Assembly (NCBI GenBank): GCA_024405635.1 | Contig: JAKSOL010000001.1 | Coordinates: forward strand, 128,001 to 192,000 | Source of the DNA: Salinivirgaceae bacterium | Lineage (GTDB): Bacteria; Bacteroidota; Bacteroidia; Bacteroidales; SZUA-534 | Reading direction: 5' to 3' | DNA: 64,000 bases | Shown here: piece after piece, positions 19,137 to 29,742 of the stretch | Position numbering within the stretch: the stretch's first letter is position 1 | How the letters are laid out: each line of letters begins with the position of its first letter | Position numbers and translations under genes: made by a program | Notes under the pieces: model-generated | The model's input: only the letters and a program-made list of their open reading frames with translations | Database searches by the model: none | Told to the model about the DNA's origin: nothing

Positions 19137-22100
19137 TTATTCAGGCATGTTGATGCCGTGACATTGTTTAAATTTTTTGCCGCTTCCGCATGGACAAGGG
19201 TCATTTCGTCCAATTTTCTTTTCAATTCTTATAGGTTGAGCCTTGCGTTCCTCTGGTTTTTGAGGTTGACCATGTTCGGTGCGACCAGTGTTGAATCGGC
19301 TCATGTCGAGTTTCTTTTGTTGCTCGGCTTGGCGTACTTGTTCTGGGTCTTGTTGAGGCAAGTTGCCTTTCATGATTATTGAAACAAGGTCTTGGTTTAT
19401 TTTCTCAACCATTGCTTTGAACAAGTTGAACGATTCGAATTTGTATATCAAAAGTGGATCTTTTTGCTCGTAGGTTGCGTTTTGAACCGATTGTTTCAAG
19501 TCGTCCATTTCGCGCAAGTGTTCGCGCCAAGCATCGTCAATGGTAAGAAGGCTAATGCTTTTTTCGATTGAAGTCATCAACTCGCGACCTTGCGATTCGT
19601 ATGCGTTTTTAAGATTGGTTACAATGTTATAAACTTTGTGGCCATCGGTAATTGGAATTACAATGTTTGTGTAAACCTGTCCTTGTCGCTCGTAAACGTC
19701 TTTTATTACTGGATAAACGCGTGCACAGATGTTGTCTGCCTTGCGTTTGTATGCGTCAATGGCAGCGCGATAAAGTAGGTCGGTTAGTACCTCTGGTTTT
19801 TCGTGCAAGAAAGTTTCTTGGTCAAATGGCGTTTCAATTGAAAGGGTACGAATGTTTGCTATTTGTAGGCCTTCATAATCAACAGCGTCTTTATAGTCAA
19901 GAATTTGCGATTCGCACACATCGTAAATGTTGTTTACAATGTCAACTTGAAGACGTTCGCCAAACAAAGCGTGGCGGCGACGTTTGTAAATAACCTCACG
20001 TTGGTTGTTCATAACGTCGTCATATTCCAACAATCGTTTACGTATGCCAAAGTTGTTTTCTTCAACCTTCTTTTGGGCACGTTCAATTGATTTTGAAATC
20101 ATGCTGTGTTGAATAACCTCGCCTTCTTCAATTCCCATTTTGTCCATAAGGGCAGCAATGCGGTCAGAGCCGAATAGGCGCATTAGGTTGTCTTCAAGCG
20201 AAACAAAGAATTGTGAAGATCCTGGGTCTCCTTGACGACCTGCACGACCACGTAACTGGCGGTCAACGCGGCGCGATTCGTGACGTTCGGTTCCTAGAAT
20301 AGCCAAACCTCCTGCGGCTTTAACTTCTGGTGTAAGTTTAATGTCGGTACCACGACCTGCCATGTTTGTTGCAATGGTAACCGTTCCTGCTTTACCTGCC
20401 TCGGCTACAATTTCGGCCTCGCGTTGGTGTTGCTTAGCATTTAGCACATTATGTTTTATGCCTCGCATTTTAAGCATTCGGCTCAAAAGTTCTGATATTT
20501 CAACTGATGTTGTACCAACCAAAACCGGGCGACCTTCGCCAATAAGTTTTTCAACTTCGGCAATTACGGCATTGTACTTTTCGCGAGCAGTTTTGTAAAC
20601 TAAATCTTCGTAGTCGTTGCGTTGTACTGGTTTGTTTGTTGGAATAACCACAACGTCAAGTTTGTATATGTTCCAAAACTCGCCAGCTTCTGTTTCGGCA
20701 GTACCAGTCATACCTGCAAGTTTTTTGTACATGCGGAAGTAATTCTGCAATGTAATGGTTGCAAAGGTTTGTGTGGCTGCTTCAATTTTTACATTCTCTT
20801 TTGCTTCAAGAGCTTGGTGTAGTCCATCGGAATATCGACGACCTTCCATAATACGACCAGTTTGCTCGTCCACAATTTTTACTTGGTTATCAACAACCAC
20901 GTATTCCACATCGCGCTCAAACATTGCGTATGCTTTAAGCAATTGGTTAATAGTGTGAACTCGTTCCGATTTTATTGAGTAGTCTTGTAGCAGTTGGTCT
21001 TTTTTCTGCAGTTTTTCTTCGGCTGAAAGTTGTGTTTGCTTTTCAAGTTCAGCTATTTCAGTGCCAATATCGGGTAGTACAAATAGCGAGTGGTCGGCGG
21101 TGTCTTTTGATATAAGGTCAATACCTTTATCGGTTAGTTCAATTGCATTTTGCTTTTCTTCAATAACAAAGTAAAGTTCATCGGTAGCTATATGCATGTT
21201 CTTGTTGTTGTCTTGCATATAGAAGTTTTCGGTTTTTTGCAAAAGAACTTTTACACCTTGTTCGCTCAAGTATTTAATAAGAGGTTTGTGCTTAGGCAGA
21301 CCTTTGTATGCGCGTAAAAGCATTAAACCGCCTTCGTCTTCTTTTCCTTCGGCTATAAGTTTTTTAGCGTCGGTTAAGAATTTGGTAATTAATTCACGTT
21401 GAGCTACATATAGTTTTTGAACTTGAGGTTTTAGTTCGTCAAACAATTGGTTGTCGCCTTTTGGTACAGGACCTGATATAATAAGTGGTGTACGAGCATC
21501 GTCAATCAAAACGGAGTCAACCTCATCAACAATGGCAAAGTTGTGGCGGCGTTGAACAAGGTCGTCGGGGCTGATGGCCATGTTGTCGCGAAGGTAGTCA
21601 AAGCCAAATTCGTTGTTTGTACCAAAGGTAACGTCGGCTTGGTAGGCTTTGCGGCGAGCTTCAGAGTTTGGTTGGTGCTTGTCGATGCAGTCAACCGATA
21701 GTCCATGAAATTCATAAAGGGTTCCCATCCATTCGGCATCACGTTTTGCAAGGTAGTCGTTAACAGTTACAACGTGAACTCCACGATGAGTAAGAGCATT
21801 AAGGAAAACAGGCAGGGTAGCTACCAATGTTTTACCTTCACCAGTTGCCATTTCGGCAATTTTGCCATGGTGTAGGGTAACACCGCCAATCAACTGCACA
21901 TCGTAGTGCATCATGTCCCATTTTACCATTGATCCGCCAGCGTTCCACTCGTTGTGCCAATAAGCTTTGTCGCCTTCAATTTCAACACTGTCGCGGTGTG
22001 CTGCAATATTGCGGTCAAAATCGGTTGCAGTAACTTCCACCTTTTCGTTTTCTTTAAAACGACGGGCAGTATCTTTCATGATAGCGAATGCTCGAGGAAG

Positions 22101-22421
22101 AATTTCGTCAAGAACAGCGGCTATTTTTTCGTCAATTTGCTCTTCGAGTTTGTCTATTTGATTATACAAATCCTCTTTTTTCTCCATATCGGTTTCGGCC
22201 GCTATGGTGCTACGCAAATCGGCAATTTTTGCATTTTCGTCTTTTATGCTGTCTTGTATAATTTGTTGTAGTTCAATGCTTTGAGCTCGCAATTGGTCGT
22301 TGGTCAATGTTGCGAGTTTTGCAAACTCAACTTTTGTTTTCTCTACAAAAGGAGTAACTTCCTTAATGTCGCGGTCCGATTTGTTTCCAAATAACTTGGT
22401 TAATATGCTTGCTAATCCCAT
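19137..22421 (-). CDS. secA: Preprotein translocase ATPase SecA
   Basis: [42 protein letters not shown] and the C-terminal [19 protein letters not shown]. Confidence 0.99.
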   Translation of the reverse strand: MGLASILTKLFGNKSDRDIKEVTPFVEKTKVEFAKLATLTNDQLRAQSIELQQIIQDSIKDENAKIADLRSTIAAETDMEKKEDLYNQIDKLEEQIDEKIAAVLDEILPRAFAIMKDTARRFKENEKVEVTATDFDRNIAAHRDSVEIEGDKAYWHNEWNAGGSMVKWDMMHYDVQLIGGVTLHHGKIAEMATGEGKTLVATLPVFLNALTHRGVHVVTVNDYLAKRDAEWMGTLYEFHGLSVDCIDKHQPNSEARRKAYQADVTFGTNNEFGFDYLRDNMAISPDDLVQRRHNFAIVDEVDSVLIDDARTPLIISGPVPKGDNQLFDELKPQVQKLYVAQRELITKFLTDAKKLIAEGKEDEGGLMLLRAYKGLPKHKPLIKYLSEQGVKVLLQKTENFYMQDNNKNMHIATDELYFVIEEKQNAIELTDKGIDLISKDTADHSLFVLPDIGTEIAELEKQTQLSAEEKLQKKDQLLQDYSIKSERVHTINQLLKAYAMFERDVEYVVVDNQVKIVDEQTGRIMEGRRYSDGLHQALEAKENVKIEAATQTFATITLQNYFRMYKKLAGMTGTAETEAGEFWNIYKLDVVVIPTNKPVQRNDYEDLVYKTAREKYNAVIAEVEKLIGEGRPVLVGTTSVEISELLSRMLKMRGIKHNVLNAKQHQREAEIVAEAGKAGTVTIATNMAGRGTDIKLTPEVKAAGGLAILGTERHESRRVDRQLRGRAGRQGDPGSSQFFVSLEDNLMRLFGSDRIAALMDKMGIEEGEVIQHSMISKSIERAQKKVEENNFGIRKRLLEYDDVMNNQREVIYKRRRHALFGERLQVDIVNNIYDVCESQILDYKDAVDYEGLQIANIRTLSIETPFDQETFLHEKPEVLTDLLYRAAIDAYKRKADNICARVYPVIKDVYERQGQVYTNIVIPITDGHKVYNIVTNLKNAYESQGRELMTSIEKSISLLTIDDAWREHLREMDDLKQSVQNATYEQKDPLLIYKFESFNLFKAMVEKINQDLVSIIMKGNLPQQDPEQVRQAEQQKKLDMSRFNTGRTEHGQPQKPEERKAQPIRIEKKIGRNDPCPCGSGKKFKQCHGINMPE

Positions 22422-22681
22422 AATTAATTGTGTATCAGTGCTTTTATGTTAGTAAAAAGTGCGCAAATACGCATTTTCATTAGTTGCGCAAAAATATACG
22501 TTTTTTCAAGTTTTAAGAATTTATGATACAATAATTACAATAGCGTTTTTTGTTGCTTTTTAAAAGCGATTAAGTGGGATGAGATTGTTATAAATTGATA
22601 TTGAGCACGACCGTTAAAACAAAGGTTTTACTCAAGCCGTTTATTTTCTATATTGGCACGTTTTTTCAAAATTACAGTATT

Positions 22682-25600
22682 ATGAATCTAAAGAAACTGC
22701 TGTTGGCGTCGTTTGTACTTGTTAGCCAATTGTTTACATATAATGCCGTTGCTCAAAAAACAAAAGGTTATTTGGAGATTCGCGGCTCGGTAAAAATTGA
22801 AGTGCAGAATTTTGCCGTCTCAAAAGTAAAGGTGTTTGTTGATGGTAATCTTGAGAAGATATACGATGCCGATGCTCAAGGTAAGTTTCAGTTTAATGTT
22901 GATTTGAATAAGCAGATAGTGCTTGAAATAGTTCGACAAGGCTATTATGGCAAAAAACTAGAATTTAATACTCACGTTCCTGTAGAAGATGTTGGTATTT
23001 GGAGCTACAAATTCAGTGTTGAGTTGTTGCCTGTTGTTGATGGTTTTGATGCTTCGTTGTTTAACAAACCAATGGGCAAGATTAAATACATTGAGCAAGT
23101 TGGCGATTTTGATTATGATGCAGCTTATACCCAAGAGATGCAGAAACAAATCAAACTGCTAATGAAAGACTATGAGCGTAAACGTAAAGAAACTTATGAC
23201 CGAATATTGGCTCAAGCTGACTCTGAATTTGGGCAAGCAAACTACGACGAAGCTATTGAACTTTACGACCGCGCAATTTCAATCGATCCTTATGACCAAT
23301 ATCCCGATGAGCAAGTGCGCATCATCAAAAAGATTTTAGCTAAAAACCAAAACAACGAGGCTAACTACAAGAAAAACATTGAGTTGGCCGATAACGCATT
23401 TGGAACAACGCAATACACTACAGCAGGAAATTACTACAAACGTGCGCTTAACTATAAAGATGCACAATATCCAAAAGACCAATTGATAAAAATTGACCAA
23501 ATACTTGCCGATCAAGCAAATAGTTCGGCAGCTTTGGCAGCAAAAGAAAAAGCGTATAGCGATGCTATTGCAGCTGCTGACAAAAAATTTGGAACAAAAG
23601 AATATGATGCAGCTTTGGCAAAATACCAAGAAGCTTTGGGCATTAAACCCGATGAGCAATATCCCAAAGATCGCATCTCAGAATTACAAAACTTAATTGC
23701 TCAACGCAACAAAAATGCAGCCGACAAAGAGGCTATTGAAAAAGCATATAAAGAGGCTATTGCTGCTGCTGATAATCAGTTTAATACTAAAAAATACGAA
23801 GATGCACGAGCTAATTATGTAAAGGCTAAAGAGATAAAACCTTCGGAATCGTATCCAGGCAAACGCATCAGCGAGATTGATAATTTGCTTGCAGCAAACA
23901 AAAGTGCCGACGAAAAATACAATCGCTTTGTTGGTTTGGCCGATGCTGCATTCAATAAACAAGACTACTCTTCAGCAAAGAGCAATTACAATCAGGCTTT
24001 GAGTTTGAAACCTAATGAGAAATACCCAAAAGACAGAATTGCCGAAATTGATAAAAAACTAGCCGATGCAGCAACTCAAAAACGCAACTACGATGCTGCT
24101 CTTGCTAAGGCTGATGCAGCTTATCGTCAGCAAAAACTTGAGGAGGCAAAAACTTCGTATCAAGATGCGCTGAATATTTATCCTGACGAGGAATACCCAC
24201 AAAAACGCATAAACGAGATAAACAAAAAGTTGCTTGCACAAAAAAGTGCAGCCGACAAAAAGACAGCCGAAGAACGAGCATACGCTCAAGCTGTTCGAAA
24301 AGGCGACAGTTTGTTTAACTTGTCAATGTATAAAGAGTCGAAAAACGCATACAACCAAGCACTTGCTGTAAAATCGGGCGAGAGTTACCCAAAAGGTAAG
24401 ATTGCCGAAATAGATAAATTAGTTGCCGAACTTGCTGAACTCGACCGCAAATACACCAACTATATATCATTTGCTGATAATCAGTATGCTGAGGGTAAGT
24501 ATGAGGATGCAAAAGGAAACTACACAGCGGCATCAAAACTTAAACCAAGCGAGCAGTATCCAAAAGACAAAATAGCCGAACTTAATAAACTTATTGCCGA
24601 TGCAGCTGCTGAACGTGCTAAGAAAGAAAAAGCAGACAATCAATACAGTGCATTTATTGCACAAGCTGATGCTAAATTCAAGCAAAAGGATTATGAGGCA
24701 GCAAAACCATTGTACCAAAATGCACTTGGTGTTAAACCTGCCGATCAATATGCAACAAGCCGCATTAGTCTAATTGACGATTACATTGCCGAAGCTGCAC
24801 AAAAGAAAGCTGCAGCCGAAAAACAACTTGCTGACTACAAAGCTAAAGTTGCCGAAGCCGACAAGGCATTTGCTGGTAAAAAGTACGAAAATGCAATTGA
24901 CCTTTACACTTCGGCAAAAGCAATAAAAGCTGACGAAAAATACCCCGATTCGCAAATTGCACTTATTAATAAAACAATTAAGGAGGACCAAGCTCGTTTA
25001 GATGCCGCCTATAATAATGCAATAAAACAAGGCTCCGATTTGTTGACACAAAAGAAATACGAAGAGGCTCGTGGTCAGTTTGTGCAGGCTAAATCGTTGA
25101 AACCTAACGAATTGCTGCCTCAAAATAAAATAACAGAAATTGATAACATTATATCTCAACTTGAGCGTCAAAAGGCTGAAGCAGAACGAACTTTGGCAGC
25201 ATACCGCGCAAAAGTTGCCGATGCCGACAAGGCATTCTCTGCCAAAGACTACATTGATGCAACACGTTTGTACAAAGAGGCCAAAACAATCAAGTCCGAC
25301 GAAACCTATCCCGATGACCAGATAGCTAAAATAAATGCAAACATCAAGGCTGAAAAAGACAAACTTGATGCTGATTATGCAAATGCAATCAAACGAGGTG
25401 ATGAGTTTATTGCGTCAAAAGATTATGACCAAGCTAAAATTGAGTTTAATCAAGCTAAGACACTTAAACCAAACGAACCATTGCCACAACGTAAACTTAC
25501 TGAAATAGAATCGTTAATTGTTCAAGCTAATGCTGAGCGCGCTAAAAATGCTCAACTTGAAAATGAATACAAAGCAGCAATTGCAAACGCCGACAAAGCA

Positions 25601-26041
25601 TTTAAAGCTAAAGATTATCCAACAGCAATTGGTCATTACAAGGTTGCTAAATCTAAAAAGCCAACCGAAACTTATCCTACAAACCAAATTGCACTTTGTG
25701 AGCAACGTATAAAAGACGAAAAAACAGCACAAGCAGCCGAGGCTGAACGCAAACGTCAAGAGCAACTTGCAACCGCACAAAAATCGTTTGCAGGAAAAGA
25801 ATTTGATTACTCTGGTGAGAAACGTAGCGATGCATTTATCAACGACCTTGCAAAACAATATCCCGAAGGTATAACCACAGAGAACTACGAAAAACCAAAC
25901 AAAAAGATTAAACGTGTAATTGTAAACCATAACGGCATTGCTCGCGAGTACATTGAAGTTGTATATAGTTACGGTAAATACTACTTCCGTAATGGACAAT
26001 CAATATCAAGCAATGTGTTCTACAAAGAAACACGCGAATAG
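22682..26041 (+). CDS. Large exported TPR-like/helical repeat protein (14 repeats)
   Basis: Signal peptide MNLKKLLLASF (ATG 22682 preferred). Fourteen units of roughly 55-70 aa, Y..AI..AD..F..K.Y..A...Y..A..IKP.E.YP, with non-repeat N- and C-domains. Confidence 0.8.
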   Translation: MNLKKLLLASFVLVSQLFTYNAVAQKTKGYLEIRGSVKIEVQNFAVSKVKVFVDGNLEKIYDADAQGKFQFNVDLNKQIVLEIVRQGYYGKKLEFNTHVPVEDVGIWSYKFSVELLPVVDGFDASLFNKPMGKIKYIEQVGDFDYDAAYTQEMQKQIKLLMKDYERKRKETYDRILAQADSEFGQANYDEAIELYDRAISIDPYDQYPDEQVRIIKKILAKNQNNEANYKKNIELADNAFGTTQYTTAGNYYKRALNYKDAQYPKDQLIKIDQILADQANSSAALAAKEKAYSDAIAAADKKFGTKEYDAALAKYQEALGIKPDEQYPKDRISELQNLIAQRNKNAADKEAIEKAYKEAIAAADNQFNTKKYEDARANYVKAKEIKPSESYPGKRISEIDNLLAANKSADEKYNRFVGLADAAFNKQDYSSAKSNYNQALSLKPNEKYPKDRIAEIDKKLADAATQKRNYDAALAKADAAYRQQKLEEAKTSYQDALNIYPDEEYPQKRINEINKKLLAQKSAADKKTAEERAYAQAVRKGDSLFNLSMYKESKNAYNQALAVKSGESYPKGKIAEIDKLVAELAELDRKYTNYISFADNQYAEGKYEDAKGNYTAASKLKPSEQYPKDKIAELNKLIADAAAERAKKEKADNQYSAFIAQADAKFKQKDYEAAKPLYQNALGVKPADQYATSRISLIDDYIAEAAQKKAAAEKQLADYKAKVAEADKAFAGKKYENAIDLYTSAKAIKADEKYPDSQIALINKTIKEDQARLDAAYNNAIKQGSDLLTQKKYEEARGQFVQAKSLKPNELLPQNKITEIDNIISQLERQKAEAERTLAAYRAKVADADKAFSAKDYIDATRLYKEAKTIKSDETYPDDQIAKINANIKAEKDKLDADYANAIKRGDEFIASKDYDQAKIEFNQAKTLKPNEPLPQRKLTEIESLIVQANAERAKNAQLENEYKAAIANADKAFKAKDYPTAIGHYKVAKSKKPTETYPTNQIALCEQRIKDEKTAQAAEAERKRQEQLATAQKSFAGKEFDYSGEKRSDAFINDLAKQYPEGITTENYEKPNKKIKRVIVNHNGIAREYIEVVYSYGKYYFRNGQSISSNVFYKETRE

Positions 26042-26063
26042 AAAACCATTAAACAATTGAAAT

Positions 26064-26975
26064 ATGAAAAAATCAGCACTATTCTTATTGTTGGCAGCAA
26101 CCATAACAATCATAGGTTGCAAACGCGAAACTGTTAACATTGAGGCTTTTGAGGGAAACGAGTGGTATAGCGATTCTATACTTGTAATACGAAACGACTC
26201 GTCTGTTTCATTTTCTGAATACGATTCAGTGTATGAGCAGTTAGTATCGCCCAAAGCGTTGCCATTACAACTAACCGACTCAACTATGATTTTTTCTCGT
26301 TACGAAGTTGCCGGTTCGTACGATTCTGTTCGTAAATTCCATCCATCGGGATGCGTACTTGTGACCGATACAGTTAAGTACGATATTAAGTACATAAACA
26401 AACGCCCAAAGCTAATTATCTACATCGATCCATTCCCAGTCATCTTGTCGTCGCGCAACCGCATTAATGTTGAGGAGACAAATAACTTTAATCCAGTTAA
26501 GTTTGAAATCTCAAACTTCTCAATTGGTGACCAAATTGACCGATCATTGCTTAAAACATTGGGAGTTTACAACTATGCAAACTATACCATTGAAGATTGT
26601 GAATACATAAACGATAAAAACATAAGTTTTAAGATTATTGGCTACAACAACATCTTTTCAATTGAACGCCGAAAAATTGAAGACTACCGCGTGAAAGATA
26701 TCATGAAAGTGGTTACTAGTAAGTTGAACAACGCTCCAGGTTATAGCCCTATGCGCCAATGGAGCGAAGATAGCGACTACGAGTACGAGTTTTATCGTTG
26801 GGAAACAAATGGCGTTCGTATCGATTTGTCGCGAAGCCACTATATTGGAAACGACTCGTATAAAACATTGCTTAACAACAGAAACTGGAATTTGTCATAC
26901 GATGACGTTGTTTTGCAAGCTATTTTAGTTGAAACATATAAAAATGGTAATCCAACATCAAGCATCATCAATTAA
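26064..26975 (+). CDS. Hypothetical lipoprotein
   Basis: MKKSALFLLLAATITIIGC lipobox; operonic spacing. Confidence 0.7.
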   Translation: MKKSALFLLLAATITIIGCKRETVNIEAFEGNEWYSDSILVIRNDSSVSFSEYDSVYEQLVSPKALPLQLTDSTMIFSRYEVAGSYDSVRKFHPSGCVLVTDTVKYDIKYINKRPKLIIYIDPFPVILSSRNRINVEETNNFNPVKFEISNFSIGDQIDRSLLKTLGVYNYANYTIEDCEYINDKNISFKIIGYNNIFSIERRKIEDYRVKDIMKVVTSKLNNAPGYSPMRQWSEDSDYEYEFYRWETNGVRIDLSRSHYIGNDSYKTLLNNRNWNLSYDDVVLQAILVETYKNGNPTSSIIN

Positions 26976-26987
26976 CCAAAGAATAAT

Positions 26988-27551
26988 ATGGGATTAAGAA
27001 AAACTTTTGCCAAAATCGTAATAAAAGTATTTGGTTGGCACCACGAAGGACAAGTTCCATACGACGACAAGTTTGTAATCATTGCAATGCCACATACTAG
27101 TATGATGGATTTTGTGATGGGACTTGTAACATTTTGGAGTAAAGATATTTATCCATATGTGTTCATAAAAAAAGAACTATTCTTTTTTCCTATGGGGTTG
27201 TTGCTAAAAGCATTGGGTGCACGCCCGTTGAATCGAAAAGGCGCAACCGGAATGATTGAACAAGTGCTTGATTGTTTTAATAAAGAAGAAAAATTTTGCA
27301 TCTGCATTACACCTGAGGGAACCCGAAAACGTACAACAAAAATCAAACGCGGCTTTTATTTTATCGCCACACAAGCAAATGTGCCAATTTATATGGGAGT
27401 GCTCGATTATGGTAAAAAATCGTTGTCGTACGGCGAACGTTTTGTTCCAACAGGTGACGAAGAAAAAGACTTTGAATACATTCGTAAATATTATAAAGCA
27501 GCAAATCCTGTTGCTCGCCACCCAGAACAATTCTGTGCCGATTTTAAATAA
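26988..27551 (+). CDS. 1-acyl-sn-glycerol-3-phosphate acyltransferase family protein
   Basis: PHTSMMD (HX4D) and TPEGTR motifs. Confidence 0.9.
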   Translation: MGLRKTFAKIVIKVFGWHHEGQVPYDDKFVIIAMPHTSMMDFVMGLVTFWSKDIYPYVFIKKELFFFPMGLLLKALGARPLNRKGATGMIEQVLDCFNKEEKFCICITPEGTRKRTTKIKRGFYFIATQANVPIYMGVLDYGKKSLSYGERFVPTGDEEKDFEYIRKYYKAANPVARHPEQFCADFK

Positions 27552-28339
27552 TGGAAACTTTACAAGTTTCGGTTATTCAGCCCAACACCCATTGGCTTGA
27601 TGTTAGTGCAAACTTGCATCAACTATCCGTTTTGTTTGCCGAAAGCGATTTGTGCAATTCAGATTTGATTGTATTACCAGAAATGTTTGCAACAGGTTTT
27701 GTTACCAATGTAACTAACCTCAAATGCGCTGACAAACAAATAATTGAATGGATGGTTGCAACGGCAAGTAATTTTAACGTTGCAATAATGGGTAGCGTTT
27801 TAGTTTGCATTGACGGCAAATACTATAATCGACTATTGTTAGTTGACTCAAACGGTAGCATTCAACATTACGATAAGCATCATCTTTTTGGTATTGGCGG
27901 CGAGAGTCGGTTCCTTTCGCAAGGAACAAGCCGTGTAATTTTTAACCTAAACCAATGGAGAATAATGCCCGTTGTTTGCTACGATTTGCGTTTCCCTGTT
28001 TGGCTACGCAATAAATCTGATTACGATTTGCTTATTTGCGTGGCAAATTGGCCAGAAACTCGCATAAATGCTTTTAAAATTTTGATGCAAGCTAGGGCCA
28101 TAGAAAACCAATGCTATTCAATTGGAGTAAACCGAATAAATACTGATGGAAACGGACTAAAATATAATGGGCAAAGTATGGTAGTTGACTATAAAGGAGA
28201 TGTGTTATGTGAATGTGGGACAAACTTTTGTATAAAAACAACAACACTGTCATATGGCGAACTACAAGTCTATCGCAGCCAATTCCCAGTTGGTACAGAT
28301 GCCGATGATTTTGAAATAAAAATCAAGAACCATAATTAG
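27551..28339 (+). CDS. Nitrilase-family amidohydrolase (YafV/omega-amidase-like)
   Basis: LPEMFATGF, YDKHHLF and VCYDLRFPVW give the Glu-Lys-Cys triad. Confidence 0.9.
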   Translation: METLQVSVIQPNTHWLDVSANLHQLSVLFAESDLCNSDLIVLPEMFATGFVTNVTNLKCADKQIIEWMVATASNFNVAIMGSVLVCIDGKYYNRLLLVDSNGSIQHYDKHHLFGIGGESRFLSQGTSRVIFNLNQWRIMPVVCYDLRFPVWLRNKSDYDLLICVANWPETRINAFKILMQARAIENQCYSIGVNRINTDGNGLKYNGQSMVVDYKGDVLCECGTNFCIKTTTLSYGELQVYRSQFPVGTDADDFEIKIKNHN

Positions 28340-28400
28340 GCTGATTCTTTTCTCCTTTTTTCGCTTTTTTTTTATTACTTGCAAGTAAAATAAAAGGTTT

Positions 28401-29300
28401 ATGAAAACTACATTAAAATGCTTGTTTGCCATTACCGCATCATTGTTGATGGTAGGATGCCAACAATCAAACAAATCTAATTCAATAAAAAACGCCTTCG
28501 ATATTGCTATTGATACCACAGCAAATCAAACAATCAAAGTAGGAAACTCGCTATTCAGCTTACCTTCGCCTTACCAACTATCTATACTGATAAAAAAATC
28601 TGGTGTTGGTTTTAACGAAGATTACTTAAATCCAGCTAGCAACTATCAACGCTATACAACCATATACAGCAAAGCAGTGAATCTTGGTGTTTATGGTTGC
28701 GACATGGCGTACATCAACATTTACGACCAAGTGCCACTAATTGCATCTCGTTTCTCAATAGTAAAGATGATTGCCGAAGAGTTGGAACTAACATCAATCT
28801 TTAGCAAAGAAATGATTGATCGTATTGAAACAAACGCTTCAAACAAAGACTCGTTGCTGATAATAATGTCAGGCACATATAGCGATGTAGATGCATTTTT
28901 AAAAAACAACCAACGTCAACGCGAAGGCTCGTTAGTTCTTGCTGGCGGGTGGGTTGAGGCAATGTATATTTTGTCGCAAATGGCATACAAAACAAACAAT
29001 GCCGATTTGATTGACAGATTGGCCGAAAGCCGACAACCACTCGAGAACTTGATTAAAATACTTTCGCCATACATTCACGACGAAGGCTGCCGTCCTCTTG
29101 AGAACTTGGTATCTGATTTGGTTGAATTGGCAAATGAATTTGATATGATAGATTCAGAGTTTGAATTTGTTGAACCAGAAACCAAAGCCAATGAGCATTT
29201 GACAATTGTTCGTTCGCGTAATAAAATGGTAGTTCAACCTGAAGTACTGAAAAGCATTGTGGATAAATTGAGCGAAATTCGCGCAAAATTGATTGAATAA
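28401..29300 (+). CDS. Hypothetical helical lipoprotein
   Basis: LMVGC lipobox; motifs LPSPY, AVNLGVYGCDMAY and GGWVEAMY. Confidence 0.75.
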   Translation: MKTTLKCLFAITASLLMVGCQQSNKSNSIKNAFDIAIDTTANQTIKVGNSLFSLPSPYQLSILIKKSGVGFNEDYLNPASNYQRYTTIYSKAVNLGVYGCDMAYINIYDQVPLIASRFSIVKMIAEELELTSIFSKEMIDRIETNASNKDSLLIIMSGTYSDVDAFLKNNQRQREGSLVLAGGWVEAMYILSQMAYKTNNADLIDRLAESRQPLENLIKILSPYIHDEGCRPLENLVSDLVELANEFDMIDSEFEFVEPETKANEHLTIVRSRNKMVVQPEVLKSIVDKLSEIRAKLIE

Positions 29301-29311
29301 AATTTGAGCAA

Positions 29312-29737
29312 ATGAAAAAACTACTTACAATATCATTGGTAATAATAGCCATGGTGTCGGGCTACAACGCATCGGCACAAATGGGCATCGATTCAATCAG
29401 AATATCGTGTAATGAAATAATGTCGGACCAATATGTGCCAGACGGTCAAAACTATTATTCGTTTATTAGCACTGGTGAGGTTGCCGAATTCTATTCAACA
29501 TTCTACGGAAACACAACCTATCGCATTGTAGGATTGCTTGGTAACGACGAGGGAAAACTTATTATATCGGTTTACGATCAAGAGCGAAACCTTTTGTTCT
29601 CAAACAAAGATTTTGAAAACATTGCATATTGGAACTTTCAGTTTGAAAATACGCTTGACTGTATAATTGAAGCTGAAATTGACTCGTTTGACGAAATGTC
29701 GGGCGTTGCAGTGCTGATGATAGGCTTTGAAAAGTAG
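29312..29737 (+). CDS. Small exported hypothetical protein
   Basis: Signal peptide ending ASA-Q; beta-rich; 11 bp after the previous gene and 5 bp before the next. Confidence 0.75.
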   Translation: MKKLLTISLVIIAMVSGYNASAQMGIDSIRISCNEIMSDQYVPDGQNYYSFISTGEVAEFYSTFYGNTTYRIVGLLGNDEGKLIISVYDQERNLLFSNKDFENIAYWNFQFENTLDCIIEAEIDSFDEMSGVAVLMIGFEK

Positions 29738-29742
29738 CAACA

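Noticed and set aside
22653-22668. TTGGCACG sigma54-like box before the TPR gene
   Set aside because: The -12 position reads CA rather than GC, and the implied start would leave almost no leader before ATG 22682.
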